The notes below the pieces were generated by a model. It searched no databases and was not told where the DNA came from. It saw nothing but the letters and a program-made list of their open reading frames with translations. A program made the translations under genes and the position numbers. Positions 1-9,734 of a stretch of 42,398 nucleotides of DNA are shown one piece after another. Positions within the stretch are counted from its first letter, which is position 1; each line of letters opens with the position of its first letter. Source of the DNA: Nostoc sp. (GTDB taxonomy: Bacteria; Cyanobacteriota; Cyanobacteriia; Cyanobacteriales; Nostocaceae); contig JBALDB010000061.1 of NCBI GenBank assembly GCA_036918135.1, forward strand, positions 1 through 42,398. Reading direction: 5' to 3'.

Positions 1-95
1 CAACCTACGAATACAAAGCGATCGCGCTTGAGCCAGTCGTCTACTACGTCAAACCACCCTCTTCTACTCGGGGCGCGTCCAACTGCGATGGTCAT
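1..95 (-). CDS. psbD: Photosystem II D2 protein, 5' end only (runs off window edge)
   Basis: Manual translation of the minus strand from ATG at 95 gives [31 protein letters not shown], the D2 N-terminus. Not in the ORF track. Confidence 0.96.
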   Translation of the reverse strand, partial: MTIAVGRAPSRRGWFDVVDDWLKRDRFVFVG

Positions 96-527
96 TAGAG
101 CAAATCTCCAAATCTTATAAGTACAGGTTGTATCTGTATTATAGATAACTATTTAGAAGCTTTCCATAATGCAGAAAGTTAACTAAGTTCTTAACTTAGT
201 TTACAATTTTTTACTAACCTTTAATCATATTAAGTGCAAATCTCTAATTTTTCTAGAGTATTTGTCATAAAATTTAACTTTAGATAGAGATCGGGGACTA
301 GGGAATGGGAGATGTGGTTCGACTTCGGGGTAGTTGAATCCAAACTTGCTTCGATTTTCGCGTAGTGGAAACTCACCAACCGGAAGATGGGAGATAACCA
401 GACAACTGGACAAATTGCAACAAGTCTTTCCCACCCCTCACACACCCCCAGTACCCGATACGCTTTTCCCTAGAATCACTCAGCTGACGCTAAAATGAGT
501 GCTACAGTTAAATTCGATTAACGTTAA

Positions 528-800
528 ATGTTTACCATCGACTTAAGCATCAGAAACACTGCTTTCCCAATCTCAGTACAACGTAAGTCAGCAGAGGATG
601 CTGAGGCTGTCTATCAGCTAATTTTGGCAGCGATGCGTTCTGGCAATCCTGACATAGTGGAGCTAAAGTGCGAGGGAAAAACAGAGAAGAAAATTGCTGT
701 CCGTGCTAGTGAAATTTCTGGAGTGCAGATTGTTCAAAAAGATGGCGTAAGCACTGCTAGTGGTAGACCACCTGGCTTTTTCGCTCTAGCTGGTGAGTAA
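528..800 (+). CDS. Small hypothetical protein (90 aa)
   Basis: Clean ORF with normal composition, 13 bp upstream of the ABC ATPase, so probably co-transcribed. Confidence 0.8.
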   Translation: MFTIDLSIRNTAFPISVQRKSAEDAEAVYQLILAAMRSGNPDIVELKCEGKTEKKIAVRASEISGVQIVQKDGVSTASGRPPGFFALAGE

Positions 801-813
801 CCAAGGTTGACAA

Positions 814-1491
814 ATGTCTCAAGTGGGCATCGAGGTTAAAGATTTAAACTTCAGTTGGGCAAATGGAGAGAAAGTTGTTAAATCTTGCTCTTTAGAAGTT
901 CCCAAGGGTGAATTTTGGATGCTCTTGGGTACAAATGGTAGCGGAAAATCAACGTTACTAAGACTAATAGCGGGATTATTAGCTCCTGAGTCAGGTGAAA
1001 TTGGGGTTTTGCAACCCGTTGGCTTTGTTTTCCAAAATCCAGATCATCAACTGGTAATGCCAACAGTTGGGGCTGATGTGGCTTTTGGATTGGTGGAGGA
1101 AAAATTAGCACCTGCTGCTGTGAGACTCAGGGTTGAGGAGGCGTTAAGGGCGGTAAATTTACTGACCTTAGAACGACGCCCCATATATGCACTTTCTGGG
1201 GGACAAAAGCAGCGAGTGGCGATCGCAGGTGCGATCGCGCGTCACTGTGAAGTCTTATTATTAGATGAACCCACTGCGTTATTAGATCCAGATAGTCAGT
1301 TGGATTTAGTTGCTGGTGTCCGCCGCCTCGTCAAAAGTCAAGGTATTACAGCTTTGTGGGTTACCCATCGATTAGACGAGTTAAATTACTGTGACGGTGC
1401 TTTTTTATTAGAAAAAGGTTCTGTTGTCGATAAGGGTGAAGCCCAACGCCTTAAACAACATTTGATGCAAATGCACACTGAAGCTTCTTGA
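814..1491 (+). CDS. ECF/CbiO-type ABC transporter ATP-binding protein
   Basis: Walker A GTNGSGKST, Q-loop FQNPDHQ, signature LSGGQKQR, Walker B LLLDEPT, H-loop VTH. Confidence 0.93.
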   Translation: MSQVGIEVKDLNFSWANGEKVVKSCSLEVPKGEFWMLLGTNGSGKSTLLRLIAGLLAPESGEIGVLQPVGFVFQNPDHQLVMPTVGADVAFGLVEEKLAPAAVRLRVEEALRAVNLLTLERRPIYALSGGQKQRVAIAGAIARHCEVLLLDEPTALLDPDSQLDLVAGVRRLVKSQGITALWVTHRLDELNYCDGAFLLEKGSVVDKGEAQRLKQHLMQMHTEAS

Positions 1492-1608
1492 TTGAGTGGT
1501 CAGTGAGGCATCGGTTATTGGTAATTAGTAATCAGTAATTGATAGTTTACTCATTCCGTAGTCCCCAGTTCTATTTCCCACTAATTACTCAGCACTGCTC
1601 AAATAAAT

Positions 1609-1642
1609 AAAACGCGCCTTTTTAATAAAGACGCGTTTTTTG
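1609..1642 (+). terminator. Putative intrinsic terminator
   Basis: AAAACGCGCCTTT...AAAGACGCGTTTT stem (one mismatch) ending in a T run, downstream of the ATPase. Confidence 0.55.
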
Positions 1643-1778
1643 TTAGTACCTCTGTCTTAAGGTCAGTTTTATGAAGCTATAGTATTTTTTGTCTTATGTA
1701 ACATAATGTTACAAATAGGTCATCAACTATTATAAAAATTATGAATGAATTTTGCTAACTCTAGAAAATTGTGATTAA

Positions 1779-2333
1779 ATGACTATGCCCCGTTCGTTCC
1801 TCCAAGCCGTTTTATTAGTGGACGGCTACAATATAATAGGCGCTTGGCCTTGCTTAAAAAAAACCCGTGATAGTGTTGGACTAGAGGTTGCACGCAACGA
1901 ACTTGTGGAAGCAATGGCTGATTACAGTGCGTTTCAAGGTTATGCAACTCAAATAGTTTTTGATGCCCAATATCAAAATTCTTCTAGTAATAAAGAAATC
2001 ATTACAGAGCTTTTATCTGTTTATTACACTGATTTTGGGCAAACAGCAGATACTTATATTGAAAAATCTTGTGCCTCTTTTCGCCAGCAAATAGCTCAAT
2101 CTTTGATTTCTCGTGTGATTGTTGCCACATCAGATCGAGCGCAGCAGCTGATGATACAAGGATATGGGGCTGAATGGTTGTCGGCACAACAACTTTGTGG
2201 CGAGGTGGAAGCCACCGTCTGTCGAATGCGACAAAAATATCATACACGCAAACAATCAAAGAGTAGATTTTTAGCTAATGCAATTGATGCCAAAGCACGG
2301 CAGCGTTTAGCTGAATTACGAATGGGATTATAG
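1779..2333 (+). CDS. NYN-domain ribonuclease (YacP/Rae1-like)
   Basis: Motifs LLVDGYNIIG, IVFDA, TADTYIE and VATSD, typical of NYN_YacP. Confidence 0.9.
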   Translation: MTMPRSFLQAVLLVDGYNIIGAWPCLKKTRDSVGLEVARNELVEAMADYSAFQGYATQIVFDAQYQNSSSNKEIITELLSVYYTDFGQTADTYIEKSCASFRQQIAQSLISRVIVATSDRAQQLMIQGYGAEWLSAQQLCGEVEATVCRMRQKYHTRKQSKSRFLANAIDAKARQRLAELRMGL

Positions 2334-2733
2334 TAAATATTTACTATTTAAGAGTCTTTGCTTAGCCTCTTGAGTGGTTATGGCTGCAAAAATCTATAAT
2401 TGAAGTATCTAAATATTAGTGATAGCTGATTCGTTATCCGGTCATGGAGTATTACGACGACGAATACAATGGGGGTTTGGAAATTTTTTGGTCGGCATTA
2501 TTTTGAGCAGTTTCTCAGCTTTTGAATTCTTTGATACTGACTATTGACAAAACTTAAAAAACTTTAACTTGTCACGAATCAGAGTAATTCCCAGAAATAA
2601 ATTTAGGGGATTTGATTGAAATACATAATAAAGTAAAAATAATCAATTAAAAAGTAAAAATATTTTGACAACTAGCGACTTTGTGTCTATGCAAAAGTTG
2701 TACAATCGCTAAAAATACAATCTGGAAAGCGAC

Positions 2734-4140
2734 TTGCCTAGATCGATTCAATCTACTCAACCACCACTGAAATTTATTCCCCAACAGTTTAAACCATCGG
2801 TACTGTACATTTTTCGGTGGTTACTTCCAATAGTGTTACGATTCCGGACTCGACCTTGGTTGCCAGCTGGTATCGTCGGAATTGAAGCTGAGAATGTTGA
2901 GGTGTTGGCTGAACTTTATCAACAATTCCAGGCTGGAAAAATTCGCTTTTTGTTGGCATTTCGCCACCCAGAGGTGGAAGATCCGCTGTGTATGCTGTAT
3001 TTGCTTTCTTGGATTTTGCCACAGATTGCCCGTCAGGAAAACATTGAGTTGCAATACCCTACTCACAGCTATTTTCTTTATGACCGGGGTATGACTGTTT
3101 GGGCTGGAGATTGGCTGGGTTGGTTGTTTTCACAGGTGGGGGGTGTGCCAGTTCGTCGTGGTAGACGACTAGATCGCCAAGCTATCCAAACAGCGCGGGA
3201 GTTGTTTGCTAGTGGCAAACTGCCGATCGCAGTGGCACCGGAAGGCGGTACTAATGGTCATAGTGGCATTGTTAGTCCACTGGAACCTGGTGTTTCCCAA
3301 ATGGGGTTTTGGTGTGTAGAAGATTTGCAAAAAGCCAAACGTTCTGAGACAGTTTTAATTTTGCCGATCGCCATTCAGTATTCTTATGACCAGCCGCCTT
3401 GGTCAAAACTAGATTGGTTGTTGAGCAAATTGGAAGCTGATAGTGGTTTACCTGTGATGGAAATTACTCAAGGCACTGGTGAAGAAATTTGTTATCAACG
3501 CATCTGTCGTCTGGGTGAATATCTAATTACAGAAATGGAAGAATTTTATCGTCGTTTCTATCATCAAGATATCCCTAAGACGATTTCTATTGATGAATCT
3601 GCGAGTAAAAATCAGGTATTAATTGCTCGACTACATCGGCTACTAGATAAGTCATTGCAAGTTGCCGAACAATATTTTGGAGTTCAATCACAGGGAAATT
3701 TTATTGACCGTTGTCGGCGTTTGGAAGAAGCTGGTTGGAATTATATTTACCGCGAAGATTTGCTAGATATTAATAATTTACCACCCCTGAAACGCGGTTT
3801 AGCAGACTGGATTGCCCAAGAAGCAGACTTGCGAATGCGGCACATGCGGATAGTGGAAAGTTTTGTTGCAGTCACCGCAAATTATATGCAAGAAAAACCG
3901 ACAGCAGACAAGTTTGCGGAAACAGCTTTGCTAATTTTTGATATGCTTTCTCGAATTAAAGATACCACACTTCCGGGACGACCCAGATTAGGTTTGCGAC
4001 GGGCAAAAATCACCGTGGGAGAACCAATTTCTGTTAGCGAACGGTGGGAAAAATCTCAGGGCGATCGCCATGCGTCTAGGCAAGCTGTGAGCGAATTAAC
4101 TAAAGATTTGCAAATTGCTTTAGAGAAGATGATTAGTTGA
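2734..4140 (+). CDS. Phospholipid/glycerol acyltransferase (PlsC superfamily)
   Basis: HxxxxD motif (RHPEVED) and block III APEGG; TTG start. Confidence 0.85.
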   Translation: MPRSIQSTQPPLKFIPQQFKPSVLYIFRWLLPIVLRFRTRPWLPAGIVGIEAENVEVLAELYQQFQAGKIRFLLAFRHPEVEDPLCMLYLLSWILPQIARQENIELQYPTHSYFLYDRGMTVWAGDWLGWLFSQVGGVPVRRGRRLDRQAIQTARELFASGKLPIAVAPEGGTNGHSGIVSPLEPGVSQMGFWCVEDLQKAKRSETVLILPIAIQYSYDQPPWSKLDWLLSKLEADSGLPVMEITQGTGEEICYQRICRLGEYLITEMEEFYRRFYHQDIPKTISIDESASKNQVLIARLHRLLDKSLQVAEQYFGVQSQGNFIDRCRRLEEAGWNYIYREDLLDINNLPPLKRGLADWIAQEADLRMRHMRIVESFVAVTANYMQEKPTADKFAETALLIFDMLSRIKDTTLPGRPRLGLRRAKITVGEPISVSERWEKSQGDRHASRQAVSELTKDLQIALEKMIS

Positions 4141-4148
4141 TTAAATTA

Positions 4149-5536
4149 TCTTTCTTTTGTCACTCTAGGCAGAGGAAAAAGAGAAAAAGTCTGACCAAAG
4201 GGATAAAAACAGATGATTGTGCAAGGTATTCATGATGCTAATCAGGTCAGAAAATCCGTTATTAAGTTGGGGAATATAAAATACCTTTAGCCAAGGTTTA
4301 ATCAGATTGAAAAGGATGATTGGTTGAACAATAAGACGTAAATTATTCAAGATATTCTTCCAACCAAACTTTTCATCCCACAAAGAATGTTCCGCAAATA
4401 TTTGGAGAATATAGCTATGAGATTTGGAAAAGACGCTTGAATGAAGGCTAACCATGAGATAGGTACTACAAACTATTTCCCACCATCTCTGAATGTGAGG
4501 ATAATGGGTAAGCCGAAAATCTGCCCACCCCAGTTCATTTTTACTTTGTTTAAGTCCGTATTCTACCCATGTTCGTAAACCATAGAGATTTCCAACTTCT
4601 GAGTATTTAATACCTGGAACATGCGTCATTAAAAACCATGTGGAATTTTCTGGAAGCTTTTCTATATCTGTCGTAATTTGCCAATAACGAACATCGCGTC
4701 GCTTGCCAAAGATAATCTCTCTGATATATCGAACTTCCTGATTACCATTCGAGAAAACACGGTCGAATTTTCGCCATTTGTTATACCTGACACTTTGCCC
4801 TTTTGGCAGCCAAACTCCGTGGTTACTACGTATAGCAACAACAAAATTCAGTTGTAATTGATTCAAAACACTAATAAAATTCTCATCACTTTCCCCATAC
4901 AGGCTATCTGCCAAAACCAGTTCAAACTTAAACCCCATTCCTTGGAGTTCTCGGATTAATTCTGCTGCGATTTCTGGCTTGGTTTTATATTTATCTCCTG
5001 CTTTCAATCTCTCTCGTGGTTTATAAATTTGAAATGTTAAAGGAAAGGTCATATCCTCAATTACACCATAGGCTGTCACTACAACTATGCCATTTTCTAT
5101 TTTGCCTAAGTTTCCAATATACTGCCTTTTCACATAGTCTGTAGTACGACCTTGTTTTGGGTCTCCAGTTTCATCAATTATTAGAATCAGCGATCGCTCC
5201 TTTAATACTCGCAGTATTAATTCTAATCTTCGCTTCTTTAATGATTCTACTGACCACGGTGATTCTGTTAAAAAATGATTTATGAACTGCTGATTTTCTA
5301 ATCCTACCACCTTGGCTATTTCTGGTAAGGTTTTCCTTTTTATTTCCGATATCATTCCCAAATGTAGGTTTCGGAAATTTTCAAAACTCCTAACTTCTGG
5401 AAATATGTTTCGATATGCACAATACTCGTCCACAAATTTAATGCTGGGTTTGGGGCTTCTTGGCTGTGTCATCCTCCCCTCCTGGCTTTCAGACCTCTTT
5501 TCTGATTTTACTCTTCCCGGAGTGACAAAAGAAAGA
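4149..5536 (-). mobile_element. IS701-family insertion sequence, apparently complete (1388 bp)
   Basis: Perfect terminal inverted repeats TCTTTCTTTTGTCACTC (4149-4165) / GAGTGACAAAAGAAAGA (5520-5536), with TTA on both sides (4146-4148, 5537-5539), enclosing one transposase. Confidence 0.88.
4165..5472 (-). CDS. IS701-family DDE transposase
   Basis: IIDETG, RQYIGNLGKIENG, VLADSLYG, RTWVEYGLKQSKNELGWADF motifs; uninterrupted 435 aa. Confidence 0.93.
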   Translation of the reverse strand: MTQPRSPKPSIKFVDEYCAYRNIFPEVRSFENFRNLHLGMISEIKRKTLPEIAKVVGLENQQFINHFLTESPWSVESLKKRRLELILRVLKERSLILIIDETGDPKQGRTTDYVKRQYIGNLGKIENGIVVVTAYGVIEDMTFPLTFQIYKPRERLKAGDKYKTKPEIAAELIRELQGMGFKFELVLADSLYGESDENFISVLNQLQLNFVVAIRSNHGVWLPKGQSVRYNKWRKFDRVFSNGNQEVRYIREIIFGKRRDVRYWQITTDIEKLPENSTWFLMTHVPGIKYSEVGNLYGLRTWVEYGLKQSKNELGWADFRLTHYPHIQRWWEIVCSTYLMVSLHSSVFSKSHSYILQIFAEHSLWDEKFGWKNILNNLRLIVQPIILFNLIKPWLKVFYIPQLNNGFSDLISIMNTLHNHLFLSLWSDFFSFSSA

Positions 5537-5561
5537 TTACATGGAATTACAATACATTGAA

Positions 5562-5628
5562 AAGACGCGATGAATCGCCGTCTCTACAAAAAATTGATTG
5601 TTGTAGAGACGGCGATTTATCGCGTTTT
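5562..5628. repeat. Palindromic small dispersed repeat pair (GTAGAGACG..GCGAT..ATCGCG type)
   Basis: AGACGCGATGAATCGCCGTCTCTACAA and TTGTAGAGACGGCGATTTATCGCGT form an inverted pair; related copies lie at 6162-6220. Confidence 0.8.
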
Positions 5629-5946
5629 ATATCTTAACCGAACATATTATTATGAATTGTGAGATAAATTATCCGAAATCGCGGCTTTGCCCTCTGTATA
5701 ATTACTGGAATGATTATTTGCAGAATAATTGGAATTTGAGTGAGAGCGACAAGCATCTGTGCGACAATATCAAGTAAAAGCCAAGCGTGGGTCTTGTGAC
5801 AAGCCGCTTTGCGTCTACGCTTTTTCGCTAATTATCGCAGGCGATGTCTGACGACAAGCCGCTTTGCCTCTATGCTAAGCACAATTATACACACTAAGGA
5901 AACCCCATAAATAAAAAACATCGTAATGTTGATGACCAATATCGTA

Positions 5947-6100
5947 ATTGAGTCTGCTGGCAAAGCCGGGGTAGATGTGATTGCTTTGCGTTGCGGTGGT
6001 TTTAGCGATGAACAACTGTCTGGAGCGCTGGCAATTTATGCATGATCCCCAAGATTTGCTACGGCAGTATGACTCTTCTATTCTGGGTGCAAATGTTTAG
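5947..6100 (+). pseudogene. 3' remnant of a HAD-family hydrolase with a frameshift
   Basis: Translates IESAGKAGVDVIALRCGGFSDEQLSGALAIY, then after a 1-nt shift DPQDLLRQYDSSILGANV*. This resembles the C-terminus after HAD motif IV; the 5' part is missing. Confidence 0.7.
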
Positions 6101-6104
6101 AGCA

Positions 6105-6139
6105 GAATTGGTGAATTCTGATTGTGAATTCACCAATTC
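6105..6139. terminator. Perfect 14-bp hairpin, possible terminator
   Basis: GAATTGGTGAATTC-N7-GAATTCACCAATTC immediately after the remnant stop codon, in a convergent region. Confidence 0.55.
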
Positions 6140-6150
6140 AGTAGTGTCGA

Positions 6151-6254
6151 TAATTGGTCTTAAAAGACGCGATAAATCGTGTTAATTGGTCTTAAAAGAC
6201 GCGATAAATCGCGTCTCTACATGAGGATTTTGTTGCTCATTCTGAACCGTATTG
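6151..6254. repeat. Tandemly duplicated dispersed-repeat/MITE remnant
   Basis: TAATTGGTCTTAAAAGACGCGATAAATCG occurs twice with a 32-bp period, followed by a CTGAACCGTATTG end. Confidence 0.7.
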
Positions 6255-6311
6255 TATTTTAGGCGATGCCTACGGCGGTAAACTACGCTTCTTTTGTGAA
6301 TTCTGCCGTAA

Positions 6312-7679
6312 TTACACACCCACAAGAGTTTTCACCTTTTGTCGCTGACCAGTTGCAATTAACCACTTACCGCCAGAGGGGCCTAAAGTTATACCGCGAC
6401 GCGTAGGTTTAACTAGATAATTATCAACTAATGCTAAATCCATTTGTGATAACACTGTTGCTAATACTAGTTTCATTTCAAACATTGCAAAGGCCATGCC
6501 AATACAGCTACGATTGCCGCCACCAAAGGGTAAATATTCATACTGAGAATACTGGCGTTCTAAAAATCGCTCTGGTTTAAATTGCTGCGGTTCTGGGTAT
6601 AAATCTTCGCGGTGATGCATTAAATATATAGAACCTTGTAGCAATGTCCCTGGCTGAAGTTCATAGCCCATAATTTCTATCGGTTTCTTGACTATACGAG
6701 GGATAGTCAGCATAAGAATTGGGTAAATGCGGAGTGTCTCTTGGCATACCGCTGTTAGATAAGGTAAGCGAGAAACTTGATTCCAATCAGCATTCTGGTT
6801 AACATTATCTAACTCAGTTAGCAGCTTTTCTCGCACTTGTGGTAGATGATGAATCCAATAAAATGCCCATGTCAAAGCTGAAGCGGTGGTTTCGTGACCG
6901 GCGACTAACAAAGTTATTAATTCATCGCGCAACTCGACATCAGTCATTGGTTCGCCATTTACGTCACGCGCTGACATCATCAACGAGAGGATATCGCTAC
7001 GAGAAGCATCTGGGCTATCTCTGCGTTCTTGAATCTCGCTGTAAAGGAGTTCGTCAATTTGCTGCATTTGACGCAAAAATCTTCCCCAAGGACTCCAGTT
7101 ACCCCAATCTACTCGCAGTATGGGAAAAAAGGTTATGGAAGCACGCAAGGGGGAACCAGATAACTCTAGGACGGAACCCAATAGTCGCTGCAATTTTGTG
7201 AAACGTTCTCCCTGATGCAGACCAAATACTGCTTGAAGTATGACTCTCAAGGAGATTTCCTGCATGGAATCACGGATAGAAAAAGGTTCGCCAATTTTCC
7301 ATCTACTGATGACATCATGAGTGATATTAGCAATAATTTGACCGTAGGCTCTCATGCGATCGCCATGAAAAGGCGGAGTCAACAATCGCCGTTGGCGTTG
7401 ATGAGATGCACCAGATAGCAAGATTAACGAGTTTTCACCCAATAAAGATTGTAAAAGTTGCGCTGAACCTTTAGCGTCTAACTGAGCAAGTGGAGCTGTG
7501 AAAATCTCTTGAATTGCTTGGGGATTACTAAATAACACTGTTGAACTATTACTAGTTATCTGTAGCGAAAAACATTCGCCATATGCCTTTGCAGATGTTT
7601 CCATCAATTTTAAAGGGTCAAAAATCCACTGAAGCAGTTGTATAAATTTTGGACTTTGTGGACTCTCAGGCAGTTTCAT
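6312..7679 (-). CDS. Cytochrome P450 (CYP110-like)
   Basis: I-helix AGHETT, ExxR (ETLR), PERF and heme motif FGGGNRSCIG. Start moved to the ATG at 7679 (MKLPE), which follows a GGAG. Confidence 0.95.
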   Translation of the reverse strand: MKLPESPQSPKFIQLLQWIFDPLKLMETSAKAYGECFSLQITSNSSTVLFSNPQAIQEIFTAPLAQLDAKGSAQLLQSLLGENSLILLSGASHQRQRRLLTPPFHGDRMRAYGQIIANITHDVISRWKIGEPFSIRDSMQEISLRVILQAVFGLHQGERFTKLQRLLGSVLELSGSPLRASITFFPILRVDWGNWSPWGRFLRQMQQIDELLYSEIQERRDSPDASRSDILSLMMSARDVNGEPMTDVELRDELITLLVAGHETTASALTWAFYWIHHLPQVREKLLTELDNVNQNADWNQVSRLPYLTAVCQETLRIYPILMLTIPRIVKKPIEIMGYELQPGTLLQGSIYLMHHREDLYPEPQQFKPERFLERQYSQYEYLPFGGGNRSCIGMAFAMFEMKLVLATVLSQMDLALVDNYLVKPTRRGITLGPSGGKWLIATGQRQKVKTLVGV

Positions 7680-7777
7680 GACAAATACTCCGATTAGTTC
7701 CATTTACACTAACTTAACAGAAGCAGAATTAATAGGTTGAAGTTCTTCTACTAGGTGTTTACTCTTGAAAAATTAAA

Positions 7778-7846
7778 TCCCCGACTTCTTTAAGAAGTTG
7801 GGGATAAGAATACTGCGAGTTTTCACAAATTAACTAGGATTGTTAT
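7778..7846. repeat. MITE remnant with hairpin
   Basis: TCCCCGACTTCTTAAGAAGTTGGGGA palindrome plus a CTAGGATTGTTATA-type end; a related hairpin lies at 34831-34860. Confidence 0.6.
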
Positions 7847-7906
7847 ATTTGGTAAATTGTAAAATATATAGTCCAACCTCCGCAGCTAAATTATTTAATA
7901 CTAAAA

Positions 7907-8575
7907 TTATTCACTCAGCAAGCTAGGAGAAGTTAGCACAAATACATCTCTACTTCCTTGAGCTTCAATATCTGGTTTGATGGGAGTGGTGAAGTGGAAA
8001 AATTCATGGTCGTTGACCAATAAAAGTTCCCCAGGATTTAGAATCTTACTAAATACAGGCTTTTCTTTTTTGGCAGTATACAAATGCGTTTCTCCACCTT
8101 GAATATTATCTCTATCTACTGAAAATATGCCAATAAAATCAGTCCCATCTCGATGGATACCTTCAGGTGCAGGATTACCTAAATTCTCTGGCAAACAAAT
8201 AGTTCTAATTTGATGAACTCCGATTTCCGCTTCTGGATGAAGTTTACAAGAATCATGAAATGCTAAGACCAGATTTCTAAAAATATCAAGTTCAATAAGT
8301 GCATCTTCTAATTCTGCAAACTCTCTTTTGATATCGCCCAATAATGGATTATAGTCTTTACTTTGAAATAAGTAGCCATGAGGTAATTTAATTAATTGAT
8401 CCTCAGCAACTATGAACCGAGATAATCTTCTCGATCGATAGTTGCCTTTAATATAAGGATCGAGCGGCATATTCCTAAAAAATGGCTTGAAACCTTCTAC
8501 ATTAATTGAATTTACCTTTCTTAAAGTAAACAGAAAAGCATATTCTAATTCCGTTGATGTCCACACTTTTTGCAT
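7907..8575 (-). CDS. 2OG-Fe(II) dioxygenase family protein
   Basis: HxD...H facial triad (GIHRDG...FHFTTP), distal Arg (SRDVFV), strong RBS AAGGAGG at 8584-8590. Confidence 0.88.
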   Translation of the reverse strand: MQKVWTSTELEYAFLFTLRKVNSINVEGFKPFFRNMPLDPYIKGNYRSRRLSRFIVAEDQLIKLPHGYLFQSKDYNPLLGDIKREFAELEDALIELDIFRNLVLAFHDSCKLHPEAEIGVHQIRTICLPENLGNPAPEGIHRDGTDFIGIFSVDRDNIQGGETHLYTAKKEKPVFSKILNPGELLLVNDHEFFHFTTPIKPDIEAQGSRDVFVLTSPSLLSE

Positions 8576-8640
8576 AGGATTTACCTCCTTGCACGTTGAA
8601 TTTCTCCCGGATTTTAATTGCTGGGAGGGTTATAATACTT

Positions 8641-8682
8641 AGTATATGCTACTTTTTATTAAAGTGTAGTAAAGCAGACTAC
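8641..8682 (-). promoter_or_regulatory. Putative NtcA-activated promoter
   Basis: Minus strand reads GTA-GTCTGCTT-TAC, then exactly 22 nt, then TATACT, matching the consensus GTAN8TAC-N22-TAN3T. Confidence 0.65.
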
Positions 8683-8810
8683 AGAAATTGACAATCTATG
8701 ATATGAAAAGTTAGGTAAATTCCCTTATAGGGTAGAGTACTCTTGAAAAGATTTCCTGTTGTGAAGTAGGTGAGTCAGGAATCGACGTATATTGACTACA
8801 GCAACAAGGT

Positions 8811-9542
8811 TTGATGATGATTGATTGGCTTTACCGTTACCCACTTTTATATCCGGGTATTCTGCTGAAACGCTATAAGCGGTTTTTTGTAGATGTTCAA
8901 CTTACTTCTGGCGAGATAGTCACAGCACACTGTCCAAATACAGGGCCGATGACTGGAGTATCGACTCCTAAAAGTGCGGTACAGCTTTCTAAAAGTGATA
9001 ATCCAAACCGTAAATTGGCTTACACTTTAGAACTAATTCAGGTGCATGATAACGAGCCAACTTGGGTAGGTGTGAATACTGTTTTACCCAATCGAGTAGT
9101 AAAGTTAGCTTTGGCGAAATATCTTTTTCCAGAATTGGGTGACTATAACCACATCAAGACCGAGGTAGTTTATGGGCTAGATAACAAAAGTCGAGTGGAT
9201 TTTTTCTTAACAGGAAGTGTTGAGGAACGCCCAATTTATTTAGAAGTAAAAAATACAACTTTCTGTGATGGGAAATTAGCTTTATTCCCGGACACGGAAA
9301 CTACCAGAGGACAAAAGCACTTGCGAGAATTAATGGCGCTGTTGCCTTTAACTCGTGCAGTGATGCTTTATTTTATCAATCGCAGTGATTGTACAGAGTT
9401 CTCCCCTGGCGATCGCACTGACCCAGTGTATGGTAAATTATTACGGCAGGCGATCGCTCTTGGTTTAGAAGTGTTGCCTTGCCGTTTTGATATTTCCCCT
9501 GAAGGTATCCGTTATTTAGGTTTGGCAAAATTGAAAATTTAA
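8811..9542 (+). CDS. sfsA: DNA/RNA nuclease SfsA
   Basis: RYKRFF, AHCPNTGPM, SRVDF, YLEVKNTT, FPDTETTRGQKHL motifs; the true start may be 8814 or 8817. Confidence 0.95.
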   Translation: MMMIDWLYRYPLLYPGILLKRYKRFFVDVQLTSGEIVTAHCPNTGPMTGVSTPKSAVQLSKSDNPNRKLAYTLELIQVHDNEPTWVGVNTVLPNRVVKLALAKYLFPELGDYNHIKTEVVYGLDNKSRVDFFLTGSVEERPIYLEVKNTTFCDGKLALFPDTETTRGQKHLRELMALLPLTRAVMLYFINRSDCTEFSPGDRTDPVYGKLLRQAIALGLEVLPCRFDISPEGIRYLGLAKLKI

Positions 9543-9639
9543 TTACACGCAATTAAATAAGAAATTCACCAGATAGTATTTAATGGATTTCTTGATAGCT
9601 GGTCTTTACTAAAATCAGTTAATGCGAAGATGGTGAATG

Positions 9640-9680
9640 GGCGATCGCCTTTGATTTTCTACTACATGAGTGCGAAACCA
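9640..9680 (+). repeat. 41-bp direct repeat, left copy (contains HIP1)
   Basis: GGCGATCGCCTTTGATTTTCTACTACATGAGTGCGAAACCA; 39/41 identical to 14745-14785. Confidence 0.9.
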
Positions 9681-9734
9681 CTGAGTAAATAAAAATGTCA
9701 ATTCCTAAAGCTTTAATTTGAAGTTTTATAAATA

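Noticed and set aside
225..445. Two short ORFs upstream of psbD
   Set aside because: They lie in the divergent promoter region and show no motifs.
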